Origin: Thermoproteota archaeon
GTDB lineage: Archaea; Thermoproteota; Thermoprotei; Gearchaeales; Gearchaeaceae
Direction: 5' to 3'
Length of the DNA: 64,000 bases
Assembly (NCBI GenBank): GCA_032249235.1
Contig: JAVVGF010000001.1
Span: forward strand, 64,001-128,000
Position numbers and translations under genes: made by a program. Numbering within the stretch: the stretch's first letter is position 1; every line of letters begins with the position of its first letter. This document shows, in pieces, positions 28,875 through 38,391 of the stretch. The notes beneath the pieces were generated by a model that worked only from the letters and a program-made list of their open reading frames with translations, had not been told where the DNA came from and made no database searches.

Positions 28875-29739
28875 ACCAACAAAACATAGAGGGCTACCTT
28901 CAATTGCTTTGATATTCGATGGTGATATTTACTTATTAGATTGTGGTGAAGGCACGCAAAGACAAATTTTAAATTCAGGTCTTAATTCTAACAAAATAAA
29001 ATGCGTTTTTATTTCCCATTTGCATGGTGATCATTGGTTTGGTCTTCCAGGTTTAATTTGGAGTACTGGTTTAGACATGAGAAAGGAAGATTTAGTAGTA
29101 TATGCTCCAAAAAGGTTTTCAGAAATTTTTTCAACTTTAGATGAATTTTTGCATCCTTATAGACTTTATAAAGTAATCATAAAAGAAATTGAAGAAGGAT
29201 TGATATATGAAGATAAGAAGATTGAAGTTTATGCAATGAAAGCAAAACATAGCGTTGAAAGTTATTCTTTCAAAATAAAGGAAAAGGACAGACCTCCTAA
29301 AGTATTAAAAGATAAGCTAAAAGAGCTAAACATTCCTGAAGGGCCTCATTTAAGAAAACTGAAAGCAGGATATCCAGTAAAGTTGCCGGATGGAAGAATG
29401 ATATATCCTGAGCAAGTTTTAGGAGAACCGAAAAAAGGAAAGATCATTGTTTATAGTGGTGATACTGCACCAAATGAATCATTGATTGAATTTGCTAAAG
29501 ATGCTGATGTATTAATTCATGAAGCCACTTTCAGCGATGAAGAAGAAGCGATGGCTAGAGAATCGAAGCACTCAACAAGTAGAGATGCTGCGAGAATTGC
29601 TAAGAAAGCAAATGTAAAATTATTGATCTTAACACATGTAAGCGCTAGATATAAAAGTCCTGATTTATTATTAGCTCAGGCTAAAGAAGAATTTGAAAAT
29701 GTAATTATTGCTCAAGATTTCTCTCGCTTTCAGATTTAG
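28837..29739 (+). CDS. rnz: Ribonuclease Z
   Basis: FLGTSG, DCGEGTQRQ, SHLHGDH, GP exosite, YSGDT, HEAT, THVSARY. Confidence 0.96.
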   Translation: MIEIVFLGTSGSKPTKHRGLPSIALIFDGDIYLLDCGEGTQRQILNSGLNSNKIKCVFISHLHGDHWFGLPGLIWSTGLDMRKEDLVVYAPKRFSEIFSTLDEFLHPYRLYKVIIKEIEEGLIYEDKKIEVYAMKAKHSVESYSFKIKEKDRPPKVLKDKLKELNIPEGPHLRKLKAGYPVKLPDGRMIYPEQVLGEPKKGKIIVYSGDTAPNESLIEFAKDADVLIHEATFSDEEEAMARESKHSTSRDAARIAKKANVKLLILTHVSARYKSPDLLLAQAKEEFENVIIAQDFSRFQI

Positions 29740-30145
29740 CAGTTTTATATGCTTTTGGTAACGGTGCAATCATATCGATGATTTTCATTGGATCATCTGA
29801 AATGATTTTTATTTCTATCGCACCAAGTGGAGCTTCACCTGCAATTGTTACGAAAGAAATTCTATTCATGTATGCAGCTTGCTTATTTAATTTAAAGCTT
29901 AAGGAATTATTTTCTATGCTTCTCTCAAGAATACTTCTTGCAGTTAGTTCTATCCTTTGTTTCTTTATCAAATTTGCAATTTTATTCAAAGACTTGAGAG
30001 AATAAGACTTCGCAACATAATATTTTGAACCTAATTCTTCTATCAATTCTATTTTTTCGAAATCGAAAACATTTTCTAACGCAATCCTAACTTTTCCTTC
30101 ATCTTCTGTAGGCTTTATTTCTACTTTAGCTATTATTTCAAGCAT
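29705..30145 (-). CDS. DUF54/UPF0201 RNA-binding protein
   Basis: PTEDE.KV..AL.N, LNKQAA, PLG.I. Confidence 0.88.
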   Translation of the reverse strand: MLEIIAKVEIKPTEDEGKVRIALENVFDFEKIELIEELGSKYYVAKSYSLKSLNKIANLIKKQRIELTARSILERSIENNSLSFKLNKQAAYMNRISFVTIAGEAPLGAIEIKIISDDPMKIIDMIAPLPKAYKTAKSESERNLEQ

Positions 30146-30650
30146 TTAATATCTTCTTCAAAATATCTAAAAATTGCTTTCTTAAATCTTCTTCTGTTCC
30201 TTCATTAACGATCATGTAATCAGCTATAGCTATAACATTTCCTATACCTAAAGAAAGTTCTCTTTCGTCTCTCTTTTTAAATTCTTCAAAATTATCAGGA
30301 TCATCATTCCTTTTCCTATTTAATGCTCTTTTGAATCTAGTTAAAGGGCTTGCATGTATTGCAATGAGATAAACTTCTCCAATGGTTTTGAAATATTCTA
30401 CTTCTTCAATATTCCTTATTCCTTCAACTATGACATCTTTATTTAGCTTTTTTATCTCTTCTCCACAAATTCTTGCTATTGCATCTCTTCCATGTTTTTC
30501 TCTTATTTCAAATATTAGCCTTGCTGTATCATGACCTAACTCCCTAACCTTATCTCCCATGCTAATGACATGTATTCCTAGCTCTTTTGCAAAGCTTGAA
30601 GCTAATGTTTTACCTGCCAAAGGCATTCCAGTAATGCAAATTATTTTCAT
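30138..30650 (-). CDS. UPF0200 nucleotide-kinase-like P-loop protein
   Basis: TGMPLAGKT, MGD.VRE, EGIR, RD.RELSLG, ADYMIVNEG. Confidence 0.85.
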   Translation of the reverse strand: MKIICITGMPLAGKTLASSFAKELGIHVISMGDKVRELGHDTARLIFEIREKHGRDAIARICGEEIKKLNKDVIVEGIRNIEEVEYFKTIGEVYLIAIHASPLTRFKRALNRKRNDDPDNFEEFKKRDERELSLGIGNVIAIADYMIVNEGTEEDLRKQFLDILKKILNA

Positions 30651-30693
30651 CTTATTCGGTTAAATTTTAATTATACATATTTAAAAATAGATA

Positions 30694-31239
30694 ATGCGCT
30701 GTTTCATAGCTATTGATATATCAAATCCTAATACACTTGAGAATTTAGCTAGGATGGCTAATTTATTCAATCTAGCTGGTGTTAAACCTGTTGAGAAAGA
30801 GAATTTGCATATAACGCTTAAATTCTTGGGAGAAATATCAGAAAAGATTGTTCAAGAATTGATATCCAAGCTTGATGAAGTCAAATATAAGCAATTCGAA
30901 GTTAGAGTAGCAGGCATAGGAGCTTTTCCGAATATGAGAAGACCAAGAGTTATTTGGGCTGGAATAAAGGAAGGACATCAGGAACTAATACAGCTTGAAT
31001 CTTTAATTGAACATGCATTACAAGATTTAAAACTAAGAATAGAAGATGAAAGGTTTCATCCGCATGTAACCTTAGCGAGAATAAAAGATAATCGAAGCAT
31101 AATGCAAGTTTTAGAAATAATTAATTCTAATTTAGATCAAGAATTCGGGAAATTCGAAGTTAAAGATTTCGCATTGAAACAAAGTACTTTAACTTCAAGA
31201 GGTCCTATTTATAGCGATATTAAAAGGTTCAATCTATGA
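30694..31239 (+). CDS. thpR: RNA 2',3'-cyclic phosphodiesterase (2H family, LigT-like)
   Basis: Two HxT motifs: HITLKFLG and HVTLAR. Confidence 0.93.
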   Translation: MRCFIAIDISNPNTLENLARMANLFNLAGVKPVEKENLHITLKFLGEISEKIVQELISKLDEVKYKQFEVRVAGIGAFPNMRRPRVIWAGIKEGHQELIQLESLIEHALQDLKLRIEDERFHPHVTLARIKDNRSIMQVLEIINSNLDQEFGKFEVKDFALKQSTLTSRGPIYSDIKRFNL

Positions 31240-32591
31240 GTATTGAAGAAATAATAGAGAAAGCAAAGGAAAAAACTAGCATAAGTCATGAAGAAAGAGA
31301 AAGATTGAATGAAGTAGTAAAAGAAGTAATTGAAAAGCTTGAAGAAAAAAAGAAAGAATTGAACTTAGATCTAATAATAGAAGTCCACGGTTCTTTTGCA
31401 CATGATACATGGCTTAGCGGAGATAAAGATGTAGATATATTCGTTTTGAAGAGGAGCGAGGAAGTTATTGAAGAGGCGATGAAACTTGCAAAATCGACTT
31501 TTAAAGATTATGTTGAAAAATATGCTGAACATCCTTATGTTACAGTGTTTTATAAAGGATATAACTTCGATATCGTTCCTGCTTACTTATTAGAAAAAGG
31601 AGAAAAAATAAAAACTGCTACAGATAGAAGCAGATTGCATACTTTATATTTGAAAGAGGTCTTGAATGATGAACTTAGAAAGGAAATTAGATTGCTTAAA
31701 TTATTCCTTAAGACGCTCGATCTTTATGGTGCAGAAATAAAAACAGGAGGAATGTCAGGTTATCTTTGTGAATTATTAATTGTTCATTATCGTAGTTTTC
31801 TTAATTTAATAAGATCTGCTATAAATTGGAAGCCATACAAAACTATCATAGGAGAATGGAAAGGGCCGCCTGAGCCTTTAGTCGTTGTTGATCCTGTGGA
31901 TTCTACAAGAAATGTTGCATCTTCTTTCAAAAGAGTTGAGGATTTCAAATATGCATGTATTTTATTCTTAGAAAATCCTTCTTTAAGATTCTTCGAAGGT
32001 AGGAAATATAGCTCTCAAATTGAATTAGCTTTAGATATTTTTGAAAAAAGAGGAACCGAAGTTTTAGTTATTGAAATTGAATATCCAAAAATTCCTCCAG
32101 ATCAATTTTGGGGTGAAATTAAAAGAGCAGAGCGAAGTTTAAACAATTTCTTACAAGTATATGATTTTGAGATTTTAGATTCTTTAACTTATTCTGATGA
32201 AGAAAAAGTTGCTGCAATAATTTTGGAATTGCGATCTAAAGAATTGAAAGAATTGAGAACTTTAGTAGGACCTCCGCTTAGCGAGTTGAAGAATGTGAAA
32301 TCTTTCATAAAAAAACATTCACTTGAACCGATCTTTTTAAGAAATGGAAGACTTCATGTTTTGACAAAAAGAAAGATAAGCTCTTTCAATGAAGCTTTCA
32401 ACAAATGGATAGTTACTCAATCATTACCTAAGGACTTAATTTATCCTTTGAAAAATGCTAAAATATATTCAGCTCAAGAAGCTAATGATAAGGGAATAAA
32501 AAGGAGAATATTCGATTTGGCATTCAAGGATTTTTGGTGGGTAAGAGAAGATCTGATAAAGCATTACAATATAGTTTTTGATGAGATTTGA
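31236..32591 (+). CDS. cca: CCA-adding enzyme (class I)
   Basis: GSFAHDTWL..DKDVDIF, YAEHPY, GAEIKTGG.SGYLCELL, DPVD..RNVA. Confidence 0.95.
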   Translation: MSIEEIIEKAKEKTSISHEERERLNEVVKEVIEKLEEKKKELNLDLIIEVHGSFAHDTWLSGDKDVDIFVLKRSEEVIEEAMKLAKSTFKDYVEKYAEHPYVTVFYKGYNFDIVPAYLLEKGEKIKTATDRSRLHTLYLKEVLNDELRKEIRLLKLFLKTLDLYGAEIKTGGMSGYLCELLIVHYRSFLNLIRSAINWKPYKTIIGEWKGPPEPLVVVDPVDSTRNVASSFKRVEDFKYACILFLENPSLRFFEGRKYSSQIELALDIFEKRGTEVLVIEIEYPKIPPDQFWGEIKRAERSLNNFLQVYDFEILDSLTYSDEEKVAAIILELRSKELKELRTLVGPPLSELKNVKSFIKKHSLEPIFLRNGRLHVLTKRKISSFNEAFNKWIVTQSLPKDLIYPLKNAKIYSAQEANDKGIKRRIFDLAFKDFWWVREDLIKHYNIVFDEI

Positions 32592-33291
32592 AGAACTCAT
32601 TTGCTATCCAAAATTCTCTAAAGAAGAATTCGAGAAAAGATATGCCGAGCTGAAATCTTTAGGAATTGAAGAATTAGTTGAAGGAGGGAGAACAATCATT
32701 TCAGGCTATAAAATTTTGGGTAAAGGAACTACAAGCTTAGTCATTAAAGCAATTTATAAAGGAAAAAATGTAGCCTTGAAAATAAGGAGAACTGATTCGA
32801 ATAGAGAATCGATGTATGAAGAAGCAAAAATTCTTGAAATGCTAAAGAATAAAAATATTGCTCCTGAACTATTTGCCTATTCAAAAAACTTCATAGTTAT
32901 GGAATACCTTGAAGGTAGGAATATCGACGAATTCATTATGAATGCAAATAGTATAGAATTAATTAAGGCAATTAAAAAACTAATTGAGCATTGCATAATA
33001 CTAGATAAGCTAGGAATAGATCATGGAGACTTGAGCATTGCATCTGATCATGTAATAGTTTATGATGATGAAGTAAGAATTATCGATTTCGAATCTGCAA
33101 GCTTGAATAGAAAGCCGCAAAATTTAACAAGCATAATTTCTTACTTATTTTTATCAAAGAAACCTTTTTCAAATAAACTACTTGAAGCCTTTAACTTAAG
33201 TAGAATTGAAGTATTAGAGTTTGCAAGAGAATATAAAAAAGGAAATATTGAACCTATAATGTTTCTAATCAGAAAACTAGAAAACTATTAG
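32578..33291 (+). CDS. RIO-like Ser/Thr protein kinase
   Basis: LGKGTTS, ALKIRR.DS, DHGDL, IIDFESAS. Confidence 0.85.
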   Translation: MMRFEELICYPKFSKEEFEKRYAELKSLGIEELVEGGRTIISGYKILGKGTTSLVIKAIYKGKNVALKIRRTDSNRESMYEEAKILEMLKNKNIAPELFAYSKNFIVMEYLEGRNIDEFIMNANSIELIKAIKKLIEHCIILDKLGIDHGDLSIASDHVIVYDDEVRIIDFESASLNRKPQNLTSIISYLFLSKKPFSNKLLEAFNLSRIEVLEFAREYKKGNIEPIMFLIRKLENY

Positions 33292-33309
33292 GATAATTTA
33301 TTAAGAAAT

Positions 33310-34089
33310 TTAGCGAAATTTTTGCATGTTTCTTTTCTCTATTCTTCTTCCAAAATAAATAGTTCCTTCATACAAAGCATATATTGGAATCAACAAAGGT
33401 ATTACGCTAAGAAAAGTTGGATCTGGGCTTATTAAACCTGCAATGAATGCTATTATCAAGTATAGCAGAATTCTATTCTTAGATAAAGTTCTTGTGCTCA
33501 GGATTCCGACTTCAATTAAAGGTAAAACAAAGGTTGGTAAAGCGAATAACAATCCTCCCAAAATCACCATTAAAACTACGATATTTATGAAATCATTTAG
33601 ATTGATGAATAACGCAATATTTAAAGGATAATATAGAAAGATTAGAGCTCTGAAAGTAAGAGGTAATACAATTATGATAGTATAGATCATGCCAGCAATA
33701 TATAACAAAGAGAATGGCATGAGGTATTTTTTAATTACAGCCTTTTCTCTTCTGTATAAAGCAGGAGAAATGAAAGCATATATTTCTCTAAACGCAACAG
33801 GTATTGTTATTGCTAGAGATAAATACAAAGCCATTTGTAATATAGCGAAAAGAGGAGCAGTAACAGATGTTACAATAAGCATCGATTCAGGAGGTAGATA
33901 CGCTTCTTCCATTTTTCTAATTATCCAAAAAATCAAGGTATCATAGAACAAAATGCTCGAGCCCTTTATTCCAAAAGGATTAGGACTAGGAATTGCTAAG
34001 AATGCAATTAATGAAGCTATGAATATTACAATTATCCTTTTTATTCTTTTAGCAAGTTCATCGATATACTTCCAGATTTCTGGTTCCAT
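33310..34089 (-). CDS. tatC: Twin-arginine translocase subunit TatC
   Basis: EL..R, FISPALY..EK, ISPDP, LYE; multiple TM helices. Confidence 0.9.
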   Translation of the reverse strand: MEPEIWKYIDELAKRIKRIIVIFIASLIAFLAIPSPNPFGIKGSSILFYDTLIFWIIRKMEEAYLPPESMLIVTSVTAPLFAILQMALYLSLAITIPVAFREIYAFISPALYRREKAVIKKYLMPFSLLYIAGMIYTIIIVLPLTFRALIFLYYPLNIALFINLNDFINIVVLMVILGGLLFALPTFVLPLIEVGILSTRTLSKNRILLYLIIAFIAGLISPDPTFLSVIPLLIPIYALYEGTIYFGRRIEKRNMQKFR

Positions 34090-34127
34090 TACGAATATAC
34101 ATATATTACCTTATTCATTATTATGTT

Positions 34128-34457
34128 ATGGATTTGATATATAATGCTTGGGGGCCAACTGAATGGATATTGTTAATTTTCATACTATTAATACTATTTG
34201 GTTCAAGGAAAATTCCTGAAGTTGCTAGAAGCTTAGGAGAAGCTGTTAGAGAATTCAGAAAGGCGATGAGCGAAACAGAACAAGCTACTAAGCAGATGGT
34301 TCAACAGGAATATAAAGAAAGAGTTGTAAGCGAAAGAAGTGATGATCCTTTAATTGATTTAGCTAAAAGAAAAGGTATAAATGTTGAAGGTAAAAGCAGA
34401 GTTCAAATTGTCGAAGAATTAGCTAAGAAAATAAGAGAAGAGGAATCTACTTCTTAG
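34128..34457 (+). CDS. tatA: Twin-arginine translocase TatA/E
   Basis: GPTEW...LFGSRKIPEVARSLGEAVREFRKA. Confidence 0.92.
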   Translation: MDLIYNAWGPTEWILLIFILLILFGSRKIPEVARSLGEAVREFRKAMSETEQATKQMVQQEYKERVVSERSDDPLIDLAKRKGINVEGKSRVQIVEELAKKIREEESTS

Positions 34458-34866
34458 TTTTGTTCAAAATCTCAACGATTAATTTTTCAAGTGCTGTAAC
34501 ACGCTCTTTAATTTCATTTATACTCTTCTCATTATTTGCATTCTTTGAATTCAGTTCTTTAATGAGTTCGTAAGTAACTAAAATTTCGTTATTCATTTTC
34601 TTTAAATTATTGATCAGCTCGTCTGTATATTCTTTGACATTTCTTCTTAGCGAATCTTCAATGTTCCAAAATATGAAATAAGAAGTCGCAACAATTGAAA
34701 TGATGATTGCAAGGAATACATGAACTCCTCCAAGCTTTTGCGATATATCTGAAAGTGAATATTGAGGTAGCGAAAGGATATAAGATAGTATTATAATCGT
34801 TATGAAGAAAGCAAATATAGCTACTAAGCCTGTCAATATTGACCTAATTATCGTTGAAGTGCTCAT
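34447..34866 (-). CDS. Hypothetical membrane protein (two TM helices plus C-terminal coiled coil)
   Basis: Two hydrophobic stretches followed by a heptad-like E/K/N-rich tail; fills the gap between tatA and purB. Confidence 0.65.
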   Translation of the reverse strand: MSTSTIIRSILTGLVAIFAFFITIIILSYILSLPQYSLSDISQKLGGVHVFLAIIISIVATSYFIFWNIEDSLRRNVKEYTDELINNLKKMNNEILVTYELIKELNSKNANNEKSINEIKERVTALEKLIVEILNKTKK

Positions 34867-34933
34867 GTAATTGCAATATCATATACGAATATAAATTTCA
34901 CAGTAATATAATGAAAATTCATTAATAACACAT

Positions 34934-36283
34934 ATGTCTTGTCCAGTTTATTCAAGATACGCCACAAAAGAAATGCTATCGATATTCAGCGAGGAAGCAA
35001 AAATTGAAAGATGGTTAAAAGTTGAAGCTACTTTAGCTAGAGCTCAAGCTGAACTAGGAATGATACCCAAAGAAGCTGCAGAGGAAATAGCTAAGAAAGC
35101 TAATTTGAAATTTGTTAAAATCGAGAGAATTAAAGAAATTGAAAAAGAAATTGACCATGATCTATTAGCTGTAGTTAATGCATTAGCTGAAGTATGTGAA
35201 AAGGATTATGGAAGATTTGTACATAAAGGCGCAACGAGCTATGACATCGAAGATACTGCATGGGCATTAGCATTCAAAGATGCCTTAAATTTAATAAAGA
35301 AGAGATTAGAAGAATTATTGTCAATTTTGCTAAGAAGAGCAAGGGAAAATATAGATTTGGTATGCATAGGGAGAACTCATGGACAACATGCTTTGCCTAC
35401 AACTTACGGAATGAAGTTTGCTCTATGGAGCTATGATATTTATAGGATTCTTCAAAGACTTGATTTCTTTTTAGAATTGGATATACTTGGAAAAATGAGT
35501 GGTGCTGTAGGAACAATGGCTGCTTTTGATGAAAAAGGAATTGAATTACAATCTAAAGTTATGGAATTATTAGGAATGAAACCTGCTTTAATATCTAATC
35601 AAGTAGTTCAAAGAGATGCTTTTGCTGATATCATATATCTTGTTGCCTTGACTTCTTCTTGTTTAGAAAAGATAGCAAAAGAAATAAGGAATTTGCAAAG
35701 AACTGAAATAGCAGAAGTAATGGAACCTTTTCATACTAAACAAGCTGGTTCTTCAACAATGCCGCACAAAAGGAATCCGCATAGATCAGAAAGAATTTGT
35801 AGCTTAGCTAGATATCAAAGAGCACTAGTTCAAGTAGCTTTAGAAAATATAAGCTTAGAACATGAAAGAGACTTGACGAATAGTGCAAATGAAAGAATAA
35901 TGCTTAGTCATTCATTCATGTTATTAGATTTTATGTTAAAAGAAATGATCGAGATAATTTCTGGTCTTGAAATAAATTATACAAACGTTAAAAAGAATTT
36001 GGAACTCTTGAATGGAATTTATATGGCTGAGCGTGTAATGCTAAAGCTTGTTGAAAAAGGACTTTCAAGAAATGTAGCATATAACTTAGTTAAAGATTTA
36101 GCTATAAAGTCTTATCAAGAAAATTTGAATTTTGCAGAGGAACTTGCAAACAATGAAATTATAAGAAATTATTTAACGCAACAAGAAATAAAAGATCTTT
36201 TAAATCCTTATACATACATAGGTCAAGCAAAAAAGATTGTAGAAAATGTAATTTCAGAAATTGAGAAAAAATTGAAAAATTAG
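34934..36283 (+). CDS. purB: Adenylosuccinate lyase
   Basis: H.GATSYD, GRTHGQHA, GSSTMPHKRNP, HERDLTNS. Confidence 0.96.
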   Translation: MSCPVYSRYATKEMLSIFSEEAKIERWLKVEATLARAQAELGMIPKEAAEEIAKKANLKFVKIERIKEIEKEIDHDLLAVVNALAEVCEKDYGRFVHKGATSYDIEDTAWALAFKDALNLIKKRLEELLSILLRRARENIDLVCIGRTHGQHALPTTYGMKFALWSYDIYRILQRLDFFLELDILGKMSGAVGTMAAFDEKGIELQSKVMELLGMKPALISNQVVQRDAFADIIYLVALTSSCLEKIAKEIRNLQRTEIAEVMEPFHTKQAGSSTMPHKRNPHRSERICSLARYQRALVQVALENISLEHERDLTNSANERIMLSHSFMLLDFMLKEMIEIISGLEINYTNVKKNLELLNGIYMAERVMLKLVEKGLSRNVAYNLVKDLAIKSYQENLNFAEELANNEIIRNYLTQQEIKDLLNPYTYIGQAKKIVENVISEIEKKLKN

Positions 36284-36288
36284 CAAAT

Positions 36289-36828
36289 CTAAGTTTTCCA
36301 AACTATACTACATCCAAACGGTCTAGTTATTGGTTCTTGGATATCTTTACCTTCTAATAATGAATCTAAAGCTTTTCTAAGATCGTTGCTCTTAACTAAA
36401 CTAGGATTTCTATTGTCATCAATCCTTCCTTGATATCTAAGTTGCCTTTTTTCATCAAAGACAAATACATGCGGAGTGCATATAGCTCCTAACTGTTTAG
36501 CTAATTCCTGAGATTCGTCTTTCAAATAAGGGAAATTATAGCCTTTTGCAATAGCTCTCTTTTTCATTTCTTCAATATTTTCATCATATCCTGCATTTGA
36601 ATTTATCGCAATTACTTGAACGCCCTTGTTTCCATAATCCTTTTGGATTTGAATGATTCTATCTTCATAATCTCTATAAACTGGACATTTGTTTGAAGCA
36701 AATATAAGAACCAAGATTTTCTTATCCTTGAAATCTACTTCGCTTATTTCTTTTCCATAAATATCTTTTAGTTTAAAGCTAGGCATCGAATCTCCTATTT
36801 TCATTTTGAAAGATGGAGAAACGCTCAT
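36289..36828 (-). CDS. Thioredoxin-fold/AhpC-TSA family protein
   Basis: SNKCP, AINSN, FPYL.DESQ, A.CTPH, YQGRIDD, GCSI.W. Confidence 0.88.
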   Translation of the reverse strand: MSVSPSFKMKIGDSMPSFKLKDIYGKEISEVDFKDKKILVLIFASNKCPVYRDYEDRIIQIQKDYGNKGVQVIAINSNAGYDENIEEMKKRAIAKGYNFPYLKDESQELAKQLGAICTPHVFVFDEKRQLRYQGRIDDNRNPSLVKSNDLRKALDSLLEGKDIQEPITRPFGCSIVWKT

Positions 36829-36863
36829 AGTAATATTTTTAATTTGCTGTGTTTATTTGTTTT

Positions 36864-37205
36864 ATGGCTTTATCTACTGTGCCTTTGGATAAAGTAAAGA
36901 AGGACATCGTAAGTATTTTGAAAAGCTTAGGAATAGATGCAGAAGAAGTTGCTTCTTGCATTGCAAACATAAAGAAAAGAAAGGGGTATACTACATATAT
37001 CTATTCACATGAATATGCTTCTTTAGAATCAAGATTAAGGGCGTTTATCGAAGATGTTGAATATAAACAATTAAAAAGCAAAGTATATGTTTGGTCTGAA
37101 TATGAAGGTCAATACAGATATGTTCAAGTTGGATACTTTTTACCGAAAACAGATGAAGGTTTAACGCAGCTTGTTGTTCTTACTGTAGGCGTAGCGCAAG
37201 CATAA
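36864..37205 (+). CDS. Hypothetical protein
   Basis: Open frame filling the gap with typical codon usage; start placed at ATG 36864 (the track starts at 36849); no family recognised. Confidence 0.6.
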   Translation: MALSTVPLDKVKKDIVSILKSLGIDAEEVASCIANIKKRKGYTTYIYSHEYASLESRLRAFIEDVEYKQLKSKVYVWSEYEGQYRYVQVGYFLPKTDEGLTQLVVLTVGVAQA

Positions 37206-38328
37206 ATGTCAAAGTTAAGATAGAAGAAATGACCAAAGCAGCAAGAGATAGCAAATAAGGATAGAAAATACCAAAGTTTAATAAAATTCCTGAAAAGCTT
37301 GCTCCAATAGCAACACCTGCTAAAGTAAAAATCTGTAATATCCCGCTTGCAGTACCTCTTCCCTCTTGACCTACAGATGAAACTATATAACTAGATGTCA
37401 AGAAAGCAAATCCTAAGGCTATACCCCAGATCGGAGATGCAACAATTAAATATAAGTTTATGTTCGTAATCATTACTAAATTAGCGATTAAGCCTATAAT
37501 TGAGGCTATTAAAAGAGAAATTAATGGATTCTTTCTTTCGCATATATAGCTGGATAAGAAGTATGCAGGTATACCAACTAGTCCTGAAATAGTTAGAAAT
37601 ATTCCAACATATGCTCCTGCAGTTTCTTTTTTAAGGTTGAGTAATTGTTGAAGTGTCAAGCCTAGGCTTCCTGTTATAACACCGTTGAATAAATAAACAG
37701 AAAACATTGTAAGGAATGCGGGAATTAACAATTTAGAATTTAGCTTAACCTGCCTAACGGAATCAGGCAATCTAAATCCTGCAACTTCTTTTATTCTTTG
37801 GGCATAAATTAGATAAAACGTTATTAGATGAATTAATATCAGAATAACAAAGACATATCTAAAACCTAAGTATAGCGTAGTAAAAGAGGATAAGAGTGCT
37901 CCTATTACGACGCTTATTGAAATTAAGCTATAGAACAATGAAAGAGGATAACCTCTTTTCCTGAATTGATCACCTATAATAGCTATTGCAGAGGGGAATA
38001 TGATCGAATCGAAGAATGCATGTACAGATCTAGCTATAATCAATAGTGAATAATTGAAAGCTAAAAAATATATCAAGAAGGCTATGATATCGCCTGGTAT
38101 GGCTATCATTAAGGCTTTTCTTCTTCCAATTCTATCGACTAAGTATCCCAAAGGAAAACTTACAAAAATGGCTACAATGGAATATAGTCCTGCAATGAAG
38201 CCTGCAATAGCAGAACTTGCACCTAATTGAGATGCATACGTAGAAATAATGGGAGAGATCATAGAAGTATCTATAATGCTAGCAAATCCTAGAAAAGCGA
38301 TGATTGGTAATATTCTCTGTGTCTGCAT
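37180..38328 (-). CDS. MFS transporter
   Basis: About 12 hydrophobic segments; GYLVDRIGRR motif A. Confidence 0.9.
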   Translation of the reverse strand: MQTQRILPIIAFLGFASIIDTSMISPIISTYASQLGASSAIAGFIAGLYSIVAIFVSFPLGYLVDRIGRRKALMIAIPGDIIAFLIYFLAFNYSLLIIARSVHAFFDSIIFPSAIAIIGDQFRKRGYPLSLFYSLISISVVIGALLSSFTTLYLGFRYVFVILILIHLITFYLIYAQRIKEVAGFRLPDSVRQVKLNSKLLIPAFLTMFSVYLFNGVITGSLGLTLQQLLNLKKETAGAYVGIFLTISGLVGIPAYFLSSYICERKNPLISLLIASIIGLIANLVMITNINLYLIVASPIWGIALGFAFLTSSYIVSSVGQEGRGTASGILQIFTLAGVAIGASFSGILLNFGIFYPYLLSLAALVISSILTLTFMLALRLQ

Positions 38329-38391
38329 TATCTACATCTTCTTTGTTTTAAAATTAATAAATGACTATATTCAGGAATATACAACTTAATA

